A stretch of DNA of 40,378 nucleotides, taken from NCBI GenBank assembly GCA_013816445.1, contig JACDEK010000001.1:1-40378 (forward strand). The letters are read 5' to 3'. This document shows, one piece after another, positions 39,360-40,378 of the stretch; the first letter of the stretch is position 1; every line of letters starts with the position of its first letter. The position numbers and the translations under genes were made by a program. The notes beneath the pieces are model-generated. The model was not told the origin of the DNA. It saw nothing but the letters and a program-made list of their open reading frames with translations, and ran no database searches. The DNA comes from Candidatus Saccharimonadota bacterium. GTDB lineage: Bacteria; Patescibacteriota; Saccharimonadia; CAILAD01; BJGX01.

Positions 39360-40378
39360 ATGGCTACTACGAATACATTACAAAAAACGCTAGACCGAAA
39401 AACTTGGGAGTTTATGACACCTGTCCCAGTAGCAACGCTGGCTGGGTCACACGTTATATCCTCTAACTCTGAAGACCCTTACGCACTACAGATGTATATA
39501 GTCTCTACGACAGCTCAATACCTGTTTCTACCTAAAGAAGATGCTTGGCTACAAATAGCCACAGTTACACTTGGAGGTACTTTATCTGCTGGTGCTACTG
39601 GAACGTATGTCTCTGTTGGCCCAACAGGTACGGCTACGGCTGGTTCTGCTACAACCATGACAACCAACCTCACTATTCCAGGTTCATTAGTTGGGTACAC
39701 TGTCAGAATCACGGCTGGGGCTGGTGCAGGTCGTCAAGCTACAATCTTATACAACACAACTGGTGCAAACGCAGTCTTTACATTTACCGCTTCGGGAACA
39801 GTCCTAGACGCTACTTCTGTCTATGAAATACGCTCAGGCAGGTTCTACGTCTGGAACGCTGGTACAATGTCAGCTACTTCCTTCCAATACTACGATGTTG
39901 CAACTAATACATGGACAGCTCGCTCAGTTACCTCAGCTCCAGCGACTTTCGCTACTGACGGTAAAATGATTTCTACCTCTGGTGTTTCACAATTTGTAAC
40001 AGGTACAGCCACCGCTGGTGCTGCTTCAACACTAACTAACAGTGCAAAAACTTGGACAGTGAACCAATGGACTAACTATCAGATACGCCTAACTGGTGGA
40101 ACAGGTGCAGGGCAAAAGAGAGTCATAGCTTCTAACACAGGAACAATTATAACTACTACGGCAATCTGGACGATTAACCCTGATGCTACTTCTACTTACG
40201 TTATTGAGGGTGATGAGAACGCCATCTACCTACTAGGGAACGCTGTTGTGACGCTGTTTAAGTATTCAATCTCTGGTAACTCATGGTCTACACTTACTCC
40301 TGGTGCTGCTAGGGCTGGTGCTGCTGGTCTTGCTACTTCTGGTCAGTGGGTACGCAGACAACCAGAAGCTGACTGGAC
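39360..40378 (+). CDS. N-terminal part of junction-spanning Kelch-like repeat virion protein (continues at base 128 after the overlap is collapsed)
   Basis: AGGAGacactATG at 39360; open to the window end; not in the track because it has no in-window stop. Confidence 0.8.
   Translation, partial: MATTNTLQKTLDRKTWEFMTPVPVATLAGSHVISSNSEDPYALQMYIVSTTAQYLFLPKEDAWLQIATVTLGGTLSAGATGTYVSVGPTGTATAGSATTMTTNLTIPGSLVGYTVRITAGAGAGRQATILYNTTGANAVFTFTASGTVLDATSVYEIRSGRFYVWNAGTMSATSFQYYDVATNTWTARSVTSAPATFATDGKMISTSGVSQFVTGTATAGAASTLTNSAKTWTVNQWTNYQIRLTGGTGAGQKRVIASNTGTIITTTAIWTINPDATSTYVIEGDENAIYLLGNAVVTLFKYSISGNSWSTLTPGAARAGAAGLATSGQWVRRQPEADW
40252..40378. repeat. Terminal direct repeat copy 2 (identical to 1..127)
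   Basis: Direct comparison of both window ends. Confidence 0.95.

Noticed and set aside
39515-39826. ORFs 39545..39826 (+) and 39515..39712 (-)
   Set aside because: They are alternative-frame or antisense ORFs nested in the junction-spanning gene, with Cys/Trp-rich or Val/Pro-rich artefactual composition.
1-40378. Lysogeny module, tRNA genes, CRISPR arrays, DGR/retron reverse transcriptase, stop-codon reassignment
   Set aside because: I saw no integrase, recombinase, repressor or RT motifs and no cloverleaf-like sequence in the intergenic gaps I inspected. Long ORFs terminate normally with TAA/TAG/TGA. tRNAscan and HMM searches would be needed to make these negatives firm.

Overview
The window is a complete, circularly closed dsDNA tailed-phage genome. 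Bases 1-127 recur exactly at 40252-40378, so the non-redundant length is 40,251 bp, and one ORF runs across that junction. I recognised no tRNA, rRNA, CRISPR array, integrase, repressor, DNA polymerase, primase or helicase. A rightward late arm (23836 -> window end -> 1 -> 14715) carries terS, a 504-bp non-coding block, terL, portal, scaffold and major capsid. It continues with a 7.3-kb sugar-nucleotide/glycosyltransferase/oxygenase/methyltransferase island, many fibre-like virion genes, an HNH endonuclease, a 1320-aa internal protein, and a CHAP endolysin with tiny membrane proteins. A leftward early arm (23381 -> 14869) carries small proteins, a NinG-like protein, a PD-(D/E)XK nuclease, an SSB, a compact C5-cytosine methyltransferase, a membrane-anchored muralytic protein, a second HNH endonuclease and a GC-rich block of overlapping micro-ORFs. 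The arms converge on back-to-back terminators (14802-14862) and diverge from 23382-23835. The architecture is podovirus-like: no tape measure, tail tube or sheath was recognised. The CHAP lysin, strong AAGGAG Shine-Dalgarno (SD) sites and extended -10 promoters suggest a monoderm host, but this is low confidence. The main candidate for a novel system is the glycan-synthesis island embedded in the virion operon, possibly for virion protein or DNA glycosylation. Other notable points are three genes that appear to start at ATC/ATT, two apparently leaderless genes, a promoter-terminator tandem, a recurrent 29-bp gene-junction cassette, and a cassette-like small ORF flanked by 25-bp direct repeats. 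All family assignments come from motifs read by eye; no database search was possible.
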